Positions 22,141 to 31,276 of a stretch of DNA of 62,759 nucleotides are shown piece by piece. Origin of the DNA: Neisseriaceae bacterium (GTDB lineage Bacteria > Pseudomonadota > Gammaproteobacteria > Burkholderiales > UBA11063); contig RXKI01000004.1 of NCBI GenBank assembly GCA_003962895.1, positions 7,616 through 70,374 on the forward strand. The letters run 5' to 3'. The number at the start of each line of letters is the position of its first letter. Positions within the stretch are counted from its first letter, which is position 1. The translations under genes and the position numbers were made by a program. The notes below the pieces were generated by a model. It ran no database searches. It was not told where the DNA came from and saw only the letters and a program-made list of their open reading frames with translations.

Positions 22141-22953
22141 ATGACTTATTATTTCACAAGCGATTGGCACTTAGGGCACTCAAACATAATCAAATATTGT
22201 AGAAGACCATTTATGACTCCTGAAGAGTCTTCTCTACTTGATTTGGCTTATAAAAAAATAATTCCCATAAAAGACTTTCATATAAGCCAAGAGTCTACAA
22301 ATAGGATGACTTCTGCAATTTTAGATAACACAAATGCAGTTGTAAAAAGAGACGATGTATTGGTAATAGCTGGAGACTTTTGCTGGCTTCCTAGAAATAA
22401 AAATGAGAATAAGATTAATGTAATTAAAAGCTACATCAATAAATTAAATTGCAAAAATATTTTCATTATCTGTGGGAATCATGACGATAGAAAAGTTTTG
22501 ATAGGATCAGGATGTTTTAAAGGGGTCTTTGAACAATACACATTTAACGTTAACGGGCAGAAAATATTTATAAGCCATTATCCTTGTCGATCATGGGAAA
22601 GTAGCTTCTATGGGGCTTGGCACGCTTATGGACACGTTCATAATGGACTTTGGAAAGAAGATAATGGTTTACTCTCTACTTATCAGCAAATAGTTTATGA
22701 AGAAGAATTTTCAAAAATAATTGGGAATCTGGCTATATCAGAAGAAGAGAAAAAAGACGTGATTTCAAAATTGCTTGCTTCTGCTGCTTTAACCAATGGA
22801 ATAGACTACTCTATTGATATTGGAGTTGATAATGTAGTTGCTGGAAAACCTTGGGGGACTCCTTGGTCTTTTGATGAAATTAAATGCCATTTTGTTGCAA
22901 AACAACAAAAATGGGAAGAACGAAAAAGAGTTTTGTCTGAAATTGGATTTTAA
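22141..22953 (+). CDS. Calcineurin-like metallophosphoesterase
   Basis: FTSDWHLGH, GDF, GNHD, SHYP, GHVH. Confidence 0.9.
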   Translation: MTYYFTSDWHLGHSNIIKYCRRPFMTPEESSLLDLAYKKIIPIKDFHISQESTNRMTSAILDNTNAVVKRDDVLVIAGDFCWLPRNKNENKINVIKSYINKLNCKNIFIICGNHDDRKVLIGSGCFKGVFEQYTFNVNGQKIFISHYPCRSWESSFYGAWHAYGHVHNGLWKEDNGLLSTYQQIVYEEEFSKIIGNLAISEEEKKDVISKLLASAALTNGIDYSIDIGVDNVVAGKPWGTPWSFDEIKCHFVAKQQKWEERKRVLSEIGF

Positions 22954-22956
22954 ACT

Positions 22957-23190
22957 ATGGAAAACATAATTGAGAAATCAATATACATTGAAAACTATGG
23001 AAATGTTTTGCTCAATATTTCCATAGAAAAAGACAATGATGGAGTTTATTCTGCAATTATTTTAAATTTACCTGGCTGCGGAAGCTGTGGAGAAACAGAA
23101 CAAGAAGCTATTTTAAACGCTCAAGAAGCAGTATCTGGTGTTATAGAAGATTATCAAGAGAACAATGAAAGAGTGCCTTGGATTGAATGA
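22957..23190 (+). CDS. Stand-alone HicB-like antitoxin domain
   Basis: YSAIILNLPGCGSCGETEQEAILNAQEAVSGVIE; no hicA nearby. Confidence 0.75.
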   Translation: MENIIEKSIYIENYGNVLLNISIEKDNDGVYSAIILNLPGCGSCGETEQEAILNAQEAVSGVIEDYQENNERVPWIE

Positions 23191-23558
23191 TGATTAAAAT
23201 TTCTTTTGATTTCGATGACACATTAGCTGTTTATGAAACAACAGGTACATACAACACAACTTTATGTTGCAAGCCTTTATATATTGATTTAGTCAAAGAA
23301 TATCACGCTCTTGGATGCCATTGTATAATTTTAACAGCAAGATTTAAAAATCAATTTAATGAAATGGAAATTAAAGAATTTATCGAAAGATGCAATCTCC
23401 CGATAAAAGAAATAGTTTACACAGGACATCTTGCAAAAGGCATATTTGCTTATGAAAATGATGTTAAAATGCATTATGATGACGATCCATTTCATTTGGA
23501 ATCCGTCAAAGCATACGATATCATCGCAGTAGACAGTATTAACCACAAAATATTTTAA
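23187..23558 (+). CDS. HAD-family phosphatase
   Basis: SFDFDDTL, ILTAR, K, HYDDD. Confidence 0.8.
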   Translation: MMIKISFDFDDTLAVYETTGTYNTTLCCKPLYIDLVKEYHALGCHCIILTARFKNQFNEMEIKEFIERCNLPIKEIVYTGHLAKGIFAYENDVKMHYDDDPFHLESVKAYDIIAVDSINHKIF

Positions 23559-24004
23559 TTCATTTCTTCTTTTATTTTTTGAGATTGAATATCTGAATAG
23601 TATAATCTTTGTTCTAACATATTGTATTCATCTGATAAAGATTTAACTTTAGCTATTTTTTCTTTAACTTTTGGGTCATTTGGATTTTTATCAATAAAAA
23701 GTTCTATTTCTCCAATTTCCTTGTCTATTTCGATTTTTCTTTTAAACATACTCCCAAGAATTTTACATTCTATACAACCAAGATGATATTTCTTTTGAAT
23801 TCTATGCCCAGAAATATAATGACTAATCCTTACTTGTTCGTCAAGTATATGAGAAAGCGTATAATTGTTTTTCTCTAATAAAACCATATAAGCATTGTTT
23901 TCTTCTCTTAAAATTTCAATGTCTTTTTTATAAGAACTATAAAAGAAAAACATCCCAGACAAAATTACAATTGTGCTAAATATCAATAATAAATTATTTT
24001 TCAT
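23555..24004 (-). CDS. Membrane-anchored hypothetical protein
   Basis: N-terminal hydrophobic helix, coiled-coil C-terminus. Confidence 0.55.
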   Translation of the reverse strand: MKNNLLLIFSTIVILSGMFFFYSSYKKDIEILREENNAYMVLLEKNNYTLSHILDEQVRISHYISGHRIQKKYHLGCIECKILGSMFKRKIEIDKEIGEIELFIDKNPNDPKVKEKIAKVKSLSDEYNMLEQRLYYSDIQSQKIKEEMN

Positions 24005-24123
24005 TTTTTTACCTTTTTATTGCTACAAGGTAATATAGTAAAAGTCAAATCTTTTTATGAAAAAGTTGAACCATTTTTATTTTTTGTGTCTCTTTCTTTT
24101 CGGCTCTACTTAAGGACAAAAAA

Positions 24124-26238
24124 ATGAACGCAGAGATCAAAGAACTAGAATTGGTCATTTCTCATCTCGATACTTGTTACGAGCTTGGAGAAGATTGTCT
24201 CCACCCCATTACTGGGGATAAAGTCTCTGATAAGGAATATGACTATTTGCGAAGTGAATTGCAAAAAATTTGCCCAAGTTCTCATATCTTTAATTCTGTA
24301 ACTTCAAGTAAAGCAACTAGCACAGCCAAAAAAGTAATCCACAATCCTCCAATGACTTCTATTTCTAAAGCTATTGGATCAATCGAAAAAAGGAACGAAA
24401 CTTTAAAATCATTCCTGAAAGATGCAATTGAAAACCTTCAATATTCTCCCAATGAAATTGAATCTAAATTCGTCCAATCTTTTAAAAGAGATGGAGTAGC
24501 AATTGCACTTTATTATGAAAATGGAAAATTGGTTCGTGCTGGTCTCAGACCAAGAGATGGTATTAATGGAGAAGATGTAACAGAAAACGTTCAGTATGTT
24601 GAAGGTGTTGCAAGTCAACTTTGGGAATACAATAAGGAAGGAGATAGAGTTAAATTTCTTCCAATCAATTGCTGCATTAGAGGAGAAATTCAATGTGAAA
24701 AATCTGTTTTTAAAGAAGTATGTGAGAATTGGCAAAATCCAATTTATGGTTTAGACAGCAAGCCAAAAAATGCAAGAAACTACGCAGCAGGTAGTATCAG
24801 GCAGTTTAAAAATCCAAAAGTAACCTTTTCAAGAAATCTTTCTTTTACTGCTTATTCAATTCTTTCTTGGAGTAGCAAAGACAAAGATTTTAATGTAGCT
24901 CCATTTAAGACAGAGATCGAAAGGTCTCAGTATTCGAATTCTATTCTAAAAATTCCTTTTGTACAAGTTAGACCTTTTAGATATAAAGATTTGGAAACAC
25001 TTGAAAAAATTAGCTCTACTTTAAATTACGAAGTAGACGGAGCCGTCATTTCTGTAAATAACCTTGAAGACGCCGAGCAGCTAGGAGTTCATGGAGATTC
25101 TTCGACTGGAAATCCTAAAGCAAAAATAGCTTGGAAATTTCAAGAAGAAAAATTCGAAGTCACAGTCAAAGAAATTATTTGGTCCCCAGGCAGAACAAAA
25201 ATCACTCCAGTTCTTCAATTTGATGGCGTTTTGATCGACGGAACTACAGTCTCTCAATGCACCGCTCACAGTTTGGGATTTATCGACGGAACATCAGAAG
25301 CTAGTTTTGGCGTTCCAATTACAAGAGGTTCTGTAATTGAAATTATCAAATCTGGAGAGATCATCCCTAAAGTAGTCAAGGTAGTGCAAACCTCCAGAAA
25401 TCAACTTGTCATCCCTCATTCTTGTCCTTGTTGTAAACAAAGGTTGGAAATTAAAATTGGTGAGACAGGCAAAGATTTAGTTTGTTCCAATCAAAAGTGT
25501 GGAGAAAGATCAACAGCAGGTATCGTTCACTATCTTTCTACCATTGGAGTAAAAGGTATTGGAGAAAGTTCTATCAAAGATTTAATTGATTTAGATTTAA
25601 TTCAAGATCAAAGCGATCTTTACGAATTGAATCTCCAAGATTTAATCTCTGCTGGTTTTTCTCCTAGAGAATCAAGACTGTTCCTTGCAAGATTATTCTT
25701 TTGTGATAACCCGACAGATAAAACAGATGAGCAACTTGAGGATTTTATTGAAAAAGCAGAGAGCAAACTTATTGATGTCCCTGCCGCTCATTTCTTCGCT
25801 TCTCTTGGAATTCCAGGATGTGGAAAGACAGCAGGTCAAATTTTGATTAATGAATTTAAAACATTCAGGGCAGTTTTTGCCGCTACAGAAGATGATTTAA
25901 AAGAAATTAAAGGAATTGGAGAAGCGTCTGCTGAGTCAATCATTTCTTTCTTTTGCGAGAATAATGAAATGATTGATAAGTTGTTAGAGTTTGTTAATCC
26001 AGTCAGTAGAAAAATTGGGAAATTAACTGGAAAAACCTTTGTATTTACAGGCTCTTTTACAGAAGGAAAACAATATTGGGAAAATAAAATATCTGAAATT
26101 GGAGGAAATATTTCTAGTTCTATCTCTTCCAAAACAGATTATCTAGTAGTAGGAGATTCTGCTGGATCAAAACTTGAAAAAGCACAGAAAATGAAAATCT
26201 CCTCGATTTCTGTTCAAGACCTTCAAAATATGCTGTAA
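24124..26238 (+). CDS. ligA: NAD-dependent DNA ligase
   Basis: SDKEYD, KRDG adenylation motif, RGE, NARNYAAGS, DGAV, AWKF, Zn finger, HhH, BRCT. Confidence 0.93.
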   Translation: MNAEIKELELVISHLDTCYELGEDCLHPITGDKVSDKEYDYLRSELQKICPSSHIFNSVTSSKATSTAKKVIHNPPMTSISKAIGSIEKRNETLKSFLKDAIENLQYSPNEIESKFVQSFKRDGVAIALYYENGKLVRAGLRPRDGINGEDVTENVQYVEGVASQLWEYNKEGDRVKFLPINCCIRGEIQCEKSVFKEVCENWQNPIYGLDSKPKNARNYAAGSIRQFKNPKVTFSRNLSFTAYSILSWSSKDKDFNVAPFKTEIERSQYSNSILKIPFVQVRPFRYKDLETLEKISSTLNYEVDGAVISVNNLEDAEQLGVHGDSSTGNPKAKIAWKFQEEKFEVTVKEIIWSPGRTKITPVLQFDGVLIDGTTVSQCTAHSLGFIDGTSEASFGVPITRGSVIEIIKSGEIIPKVVKVVQTSRNQLVIPHSCPCCKQRLEIKIGETGKDLVCSNQKCGERSTAGIVHYLSTIGVKGIGESSIKDLIDLDLIQDQSDLYELNLQDLISAGFSPRESRLFLARLFFCDNPTDKTDEQLEDFIEKAESKLIDVPAAHFFASLGIPGCGKTAGQILINEFKTFRAVFAATEDDLKEIKGIGEASAESIISFFCENNEMIDKLLEFVNPVSRKIGKLTGKTFVFTGSFTEGKQYWENKISEIGGNISSSISSKTDYLVVGDSAGSKLEKAQKMKISSISVQDLQNML

Positions 26239-26910
26239 AAATTTTTGAACCACAGTATATTTCTAGCTCCCCAGAGGCTGAGAATTGTTTTTACAAATTT
26301 GGAAGAATTAGTTGTTTCTACTTTTTGTAGCGGAATTTCAGAAGACACCTCTTTCTTTTTTGATTGAAAAAAATGGAAAATGACAACGAATATTATGTTG
26401 TAACAAACTATAAAGGAAATCCATCTAGCATAATTGTATCTCCAAGAGATGGAGAAGATGTTGAAGATTGTCTAAAGAGAATGAAAATTCTAGGAGTAGT
26501 TAAAATCTACGACCCAAATCAATGGGAATATGATGAAGAAACTTGCAATCCAAGGTTGATCTAATGAAAATCAATAAATCAGAATATGATGAATCTAAAT
26601 CTCAAGGCATTGGGTTGGTTGTTCAAGACCAAGAAATATATGAAGATGTAAAGAAAATCTATGAGTTTAGACATTCTTTAAAATTAAGTTCTATAGAAAT
26701 GTTTAAGCTATTCTTTGGGAAACAACAAACTTGCAGAAACTATACATCCAAAAATTGGATTTGGACTTTTTCTGATGATGAAGAAAAAAATGTTATTTAT
26801 TGTCTAGTCAGCAAAGAAGGAATTTCTTGGGAAACTCCCAATTCCAAAGAAATTAAACCTTTGTTTAAAGAAATATTCAAAAAATTCACTGAAAAGTTTG
26901 GAGAACACAA

Positions 26911-28002
26911 GTGATCGACAAAAACAAGTTGATGGAATCTGTAATTGAAAGTCTTAAGGCTAAAGATTATACGCCTCAAGCTGTTACAATTATAAAGAAA
27001 AGCACAGATTCTATTTTGGATAGACTGAAGGTTACTCTTGAAAATTCTTTAAAAGACGCCGCAAATCCTTCAATTACAGAATTTAGCAATAAAACTATTG
27101 AAAAATTGAACAACCTTTCTCAAAAATGGGTTAATGCAGAAACTGCCGAACTAGAAGTCTTTCCCAAAGGAACAAAGTATATTCATAAAAATGGTAGAAT
27201 TACGACAATTGTCATTGAACAATCTCCTCAAACAAGAAATATAAAGTATCTAGATGAAGTCTATTACTTAGCATTTCCATATGTTCAATTCACAATAAAT
27301 TTCTTCGATAATAGTATGGAAGAAGTTTATATGTCTATGACAAAAAGTCCAATTAAAAATTTAGATGGACTTCTATACTATCCATGTCTTCCAAACGTAA
27401 ACAAAGATCATAAAGTTTGTTTTGGAGACACAAAAAACAAAGCAGAACGCTTTGAAGGATCGATGTCAGAAAAAGTAAAATTCATTATATCTACTATTTG
27501 GCAAAGCACTTTTACCGCTGACTATTCTGAAGAATTTTCTTACTTTTTAAGAACAAACTTTGAAAATCAAGAGACCACAAAATTAAATCAATGGAAAGAA
27601 AAATCTAAAGAAAATCCTTTGTTTGTTATAGAAAAAACAACAAAGTTTAAAGAAGGTAGAACTCTAAAGAGGTTTATTAGAAACGACGCAAAAAATGAAA
27701 GTCCCGAAGTTGTTGCTGCCAAGATGAAAAACATCATCATGGATTCGGTCACTTCTATTTCAACTAGCCTTAAAGAATCTTTCTCTTTAGTTGATGTGAA
27801 AGAAGAAAATATTGAAAAAGTTCACGTCGACACAATGCAACAAATTTTAAAAGAAATTATCACATTGTGTTATGAAGTGCTTTGGGATTTTATGCAAGAA
27901 GAAATAAAAACAGAAAGAGAAAAGATGAAAGAAGAAATGAAAACTGCCATCTCTTCTTTGAAAGAAGATTTCAAAAATTTTCTTGAATCACCCTACAAGT
28001 AA
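26911..28002 (+). CDS. Prokaryotic E2 family D-like protein (1)
   Basis: YYLAFPYVQF...LYYPCLPNV...KVCFG...WQSTF pattern with candidate catalytic Cys; sits in cluster with JAB/E1/Ubl. Confidence 0.65.
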   Translation: MIDKNKLMESVIESLKAKDYTPQAVTIIKKSTDSILDRLKVTLENSLKDAANPSITEFSNKTIEKLNNLSQKWVNAETAELEVFPKGTKYIHKNGRITTIVIEQSPQTRNIKYLDEVYYLAFPYVQFTINFFDNSMEEVYMSMTKSPIKNLDGLLYYPCLPNVNKDHKVCFGDTKNKAERFEGSMSEKVKFIISTIWQSTFTADYSEEFSYFLRTNFENQETTKLNQWKEKSKENPLFVIEKTTKFKEGRTLKRFIRNDAKNESPEVVAAKMKNIIMDSVTSISTSLKESFSLVDVKEENIEKVHVDTMQQILKEIITLCYEVLWDFMQEEIKTEREKMKEEMKTAISSLKEDFKNFLESPYK

Positions 28003-28008
28003 AGAAAA

Positions 28009-28905
28009 ATGAAAAAAGACATCCCAATTTTAAACAAAAACAAAGAAAAACAATTAATCAAACAAAAACAAGAATTGTTTTTAAAGATTTTTTGCGGAAT
28101 TGAACCGAACTTGTTGATAAATTCTAAAATTAAAAAATTTATTGAAAAAATAAATTTATCAAACTATGCGTTTATAAACAAAATTGTAGATGATTCTAGA
28201 AAAATAATTAAGGAAAATTCTAATTGTTCTTTTTTAAATCCAAAAAACTGCAAGGCTGTTTATCAAAGCGGCAATGTATTTACTTTTGCTTTTGAGGAAG
28301 AAGCAAAGTTCAGAACCATTATTACAAATAGAGTAGAATCTCGCAATAACAGCGTACCGGGGATCGATCTGCCGCTCAGAGTCCCTTTCCCTAAATCTTT
28401 GTTTTTAATTTCATTACGAAAAAACAAAGATGGTTTTACATATGCAAGAGGGTCTGTTCACGCTTTAAAATCTAACTTTAATTTAAATAGTGTTCTTTAT
28501 GATGCTAAAATTCCACATGCTCTACATCAAGGATCAATCTGTTTAGGCACTGCCCATCTCAATAGAAATTTTCAAAATCCTCAAGAAGCAATAGACGCTT
28601 TTTTTAAATCTTTTTTCGGAAGTGTTTTTCATTATGATGTTTCTATGACTGTAAATGAAAAAAGAATTAACAGCTACGAAGCATGGTCAAAATTAAGTCT
28701 TGAAGAAATTGGAAAAGTAAAAAGACAGTCTCAAGGAAATGTTGAAAAACTAGCCAGTAGCATCGGAGGACGCCAATTAGAAGATGCTGTGGCTAGATTG
28801 ATTTATTCTAATTTGAATAAAGCATTTACAGAAATGCTGGAAGTAGAAGACCTTAGAAAATCTTTCGAAGAAATTTTCAAAAGCATTTCAAAAACTGTTC
28901 AATAA
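28009..28905 (+). CDS. Prokaryotic E2 family D-like protein (2)
   Basis: LRVPFPKSLFLI...LYDAKIPH...GSICLG...FFKSFFGSVF. Confidence 0.6.
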   Translation: MKKDIPILNKNKEKQLIKQKQELFLKIFCGIEPNLLINSKIKKFIEKINLSNYAFINKIVDDSRKIIKENSNCSFLNPKNCKAVYQSGNVFTFAFEEEAKFRTIITNRVESRNNSVPGIDLPLRVPFPKSLFLISLRKNKDGFTYARGSVHALKSNFNLNSVLYDAKIPHALHQGSICLGTAHLNRNFQNPQEAIDAFFKSFFGSVFHYDVSMTVNEKRINSYEAWSKLSLEEIGKVKRQSQGNVEKLASSIGGRQLEDAVARLIYSNLNKAFTEMLEVEDLRKSFEEIFKSISKTVQ

Positions 28906-28981
28906 ATGTTTTACACCTCGAAAACCCAAAGTATATTCAAAACAACGAAACAAACAACTTCTCTCCCTCAAAGGAACTAAA

Positions 28982-29968
28982 ATGGACGATGTGCCAGAAA
29001 TCACCCCAGAAGTGACCGCAAATCCTTCTGCTCCACAAATTAAGATTAAGGGACCAACTTATCCCATTTATCTTTTTGAAGAAGGAGTAGAACTTCCAGA
29101 AGATGAACGATTCTATCTCGTTACAAAAACTGGTATTTACTTCAACAAAAAGACAAAGGCTGGCGACGCCCTTGTCCCTGTTGATGGAATTCCTTGGCTC
29201 ATGGAACCAGACCTTGAAATGCGTCTGAAGTTGCCAAAGGTTCCTGCACGAATCATCGCTCAGGCTCTCACTTTCTTCAGAAAAGTTTACGACAAGTACA
29301 ATTCAGAGGCATACGTCACTTTGATGTATTCTTCCAAGAATAACGAATATCAGCTTCACTGCCCTAAGCAGACAGTGAGTCATTCAAGTGTTAATTATGA
29401 TCGCACCGATCAGCCAGAGTATCAAGATCGTGTGCAGAATGATTGGCAGATGGTTGGAACCATCCACAGTCATTGTAACTTCTCTGCTTTCCACTCTGGA
29501 ACAGATGTTGGCGATGAAGCTACTTTCGACGGAATTCACATTACTTTAGGAAATGTGGATCGAAATCAGATTTCTATCGCCTCTTCTGTTGCAATCAACG
29601 AAAAGCGTGAAGAACTTCTTCCAGAAAAGTCCTGCTCTGGTGTTGTACGTGCTGCTGTTGCTGATGACAGTAAGTTCATGAGCTTCTCAAGAGATCAATA
29701 TTACGATATTGAAATGTCTGAAGAAGACGCACAACAACTCGTCCTCGATGCCGAAATTATTGAAAATGAATGGATGCCAAAGGTATCCAAACAAGGGTGG
29801 CAATACGGGGGGAAACGAAGTTTTTTTCAGCAAGGGGGAAATCAACAGTACCCCAATGTATGGACGTACAACAACATCGTGGAAAAAAGCACAGAAAAAA
29901 ACGAAAAAAACGCCGACACTAACAGTTCTCAATTCCTTGGCGAAGATTTTGACACGTATCTTTACTAA
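28982..29968 (+). CDS. JAB/MPN (JAMM) metalloisopeptidase
   Basis: NSEA, PKQ, GTIHSHCNFSAFHSGTD (H-S-H-x7-S-x2-D), GIHITLG. Confidence 0.9.
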   Translation: MDDVPEITPEVTANPSAPQIKIKGPTYPIYLFEEGVELPEDERFYLVTKTGIYFNKKTKAGDALVPVDGIPWLMEPDLEMRLKLPKVPARIIAQALTFFRKVYDKYNSEAYVTLMYSSKNNEYQLHCPKQTVSHSSVNYDRTDQPEYQDRVQNDWQMVGTIHSHCNFSAFHSGTDVGDEATFDGIHITLGNVDRNQISIASSVAINEKREELLPEKSCSGVVRAAVADDSKFMSFSRDQYYDIEMSEEDAQQLVLDAEIIENEWMPKVSKQGWQYGGKRSFFQQGGNQQYPNVWTYNNIVEKSTEKNEKNADTNSSQFLGEDFDTYLY

Positions 29969-30045
29969 TTTCTGAACCACTGGCAGATTTCATGACTCTT
30001 TGAAAGAAGAAGATTGATTTTTCCAAAAATATGAAAGGTTGAAAA

Positions 30046-30789
30046 ATGGCTAAAAAGTCTCTGAAAATTAAGGTCGTCGGAACAGGGGGAATTGGACTCT
30101 GTGTCCTTCCCTCCCTCTGCCGATATCTTAATTACAGCGTGGATAAGTTTCCAGATGTTCAGATTGGTCTGATCGATGGTGACGTTTTTGAAGATCGAAA
30201 CAGAGAACGACAAAGTTTTTCTCAAATCGGTCCAAAAGCAACGATGACAGCAGAATCATATAGTAAAGAATTCCCACGACTTACTATCACGGATCATCCT
30301 GTTTATCTTGATGAAAATAATATCTTCCAGCATCTTCGTGAAGGAGATACCGTTCTCGTCTGTGTCGATAATCACAAAACTCGAAAACTGATTAGCGACC
30401 GTGCCGAAGAATTGAAGAATATTACAATCATCAGCGGTGGGAACGATCTCACCGATGGAAATGTTCTTGTCCATATTCGAAAGAATGGCAAGAATATTAC
30501 TCCACCACTGGCAAGCGAATTCCACCCAGAAATCGCAAACCCAATGGATAAACACCCAGGAGAAGTAGTGGCTCAAGGTTGCCAAGCCCAAGCTCCCGCC
30601 TCTCCTCAGCTACTGTTCACAAATAATCTCATTGCTGCAAATATGCTCGCTTTTCTTCACAATGTTATCGACGAAGATAACATGAAGAAAATCACAGCTA
30701 ATCCACAGCATTGGCATGAATTGTGTGTAGATATGGAATCGCCAAAAGGTCCAAAAGCTGTCGTCAGAGAACGGTTCGTAAAAAACTAA
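30046..30789 (+). CDS. E1-like ThiF/MoeB family adenylyltransferase
   Basis: VVGTGGIG, IDGD, NRERQ, K, CVDN..TR, SGGND, candidate catalytic Cys in QGCQ, QLLFTN. Confidence 0.9.
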   Translation: MAKKSLKIKVVGTGGIGLCVLPSLCRYLNYSVDKFPDVQIGLIDGDVFEDRNRERQSFSQIGPKATMTAESYSKEFPRLTITDHPVYLDENNIFQHLREGDTVLVCVDNHKTRKLISDRAEELKNITIISGGNDLTDGNVLVHIRKNGKNITPPLASEFHPEIANPMDKHPGEVVAQGCQAQAPASPQLLFTNNLIAANMLAFLHNVIDEDNMKKITANPQHWHELCVDMESPKGPKAVVRERFVKN

Positions 30790-30858
30790 TCTCTAAACTA
30801 ATCCTAAACCCAATTTCCAAGTTTAAGTCCCAAATCTAGTCTCGAAAAGGAAAACAAA

Positions 30859-31206
30859 ATGTCTCAAGATCAAAAGAAGCCAGGTGGATTTTCAAAGGCT
30901 CCCAAGAAGGTTGACGCTCCTGCTCAAGAAGCTCAAAACCTTCCAGATGTTCAGGGAACTATTGAAAATATCGGCAAGGTCAAGGTTATTCACGGAGCGA
31001 ATGACGATGAGTTTGCAATCGCTGGAGCAACAGTTGCTCAAGTTCGTGCAAACCTCGTCGATGCATTCAACATCCCAGGTGATGCTCTCGCCTTCGTCAA
31101 CGGTGAACAAGTTGATGCAAATCATGTTCTCAAGTCCAGCGAGGTGCTTGAGTTTGTGAAGGCGGCTGGCGTAAAAGGGCTGCCATTTTGGCAGTCTTTG
31201 TCTTAA
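30859..31206 (+). CDS. Ubiquitin-like (beta-grasp) protein with C-terminal extension
   Basis: GATVAQVR...AFVNGEQV...VLKSSEVLEFVKAAGVKG followed by LPFWQSLS; AAGGA RBS. Confidence 0.82.
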   Translation: MSQDQKKPGGFSKAPKKVDAPAQEAQNLPDVQGTIENIGKVKVIHGANDDEFAIAGATVAQVRANLVDAFNIPGDALAFVNGEQVDANHVLKSSEVLEFVKAAGVKGLPFWQSLS

Positions 31207-31224
31207 GCAAGCCAAAATGGCAGC
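31179..31224 (+). terminator. 14-bp GC-rich hairpin overlapping the Ubl tail
   Basis: gctgccattttggc / gccaaaatggcagc, 18-nt loop containing the stop codon, T-rich tract shortly after. Confidence 0.6.
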
Positions 31225-31276
31225 AGTTGATTTTTTAGTCAAAAAATGTACAATGCATTTTAGATGAAAAAAAATC

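Noticed and set aside
26246-26270. Sixth copy of the TGAACCA promoter-like motif
   Set aside because: It lacks TCT at the conserved spacing
30046-31206. ThiF/ThiS or MoeB/MoaD sulfur-carrier pair for cofactor synthesis
   Set aside because: No thiamine, molybdopterin or desulfurase genes are nearby; E2-like and JAB neighbours favour protein conjugation, although this is not formally excluded
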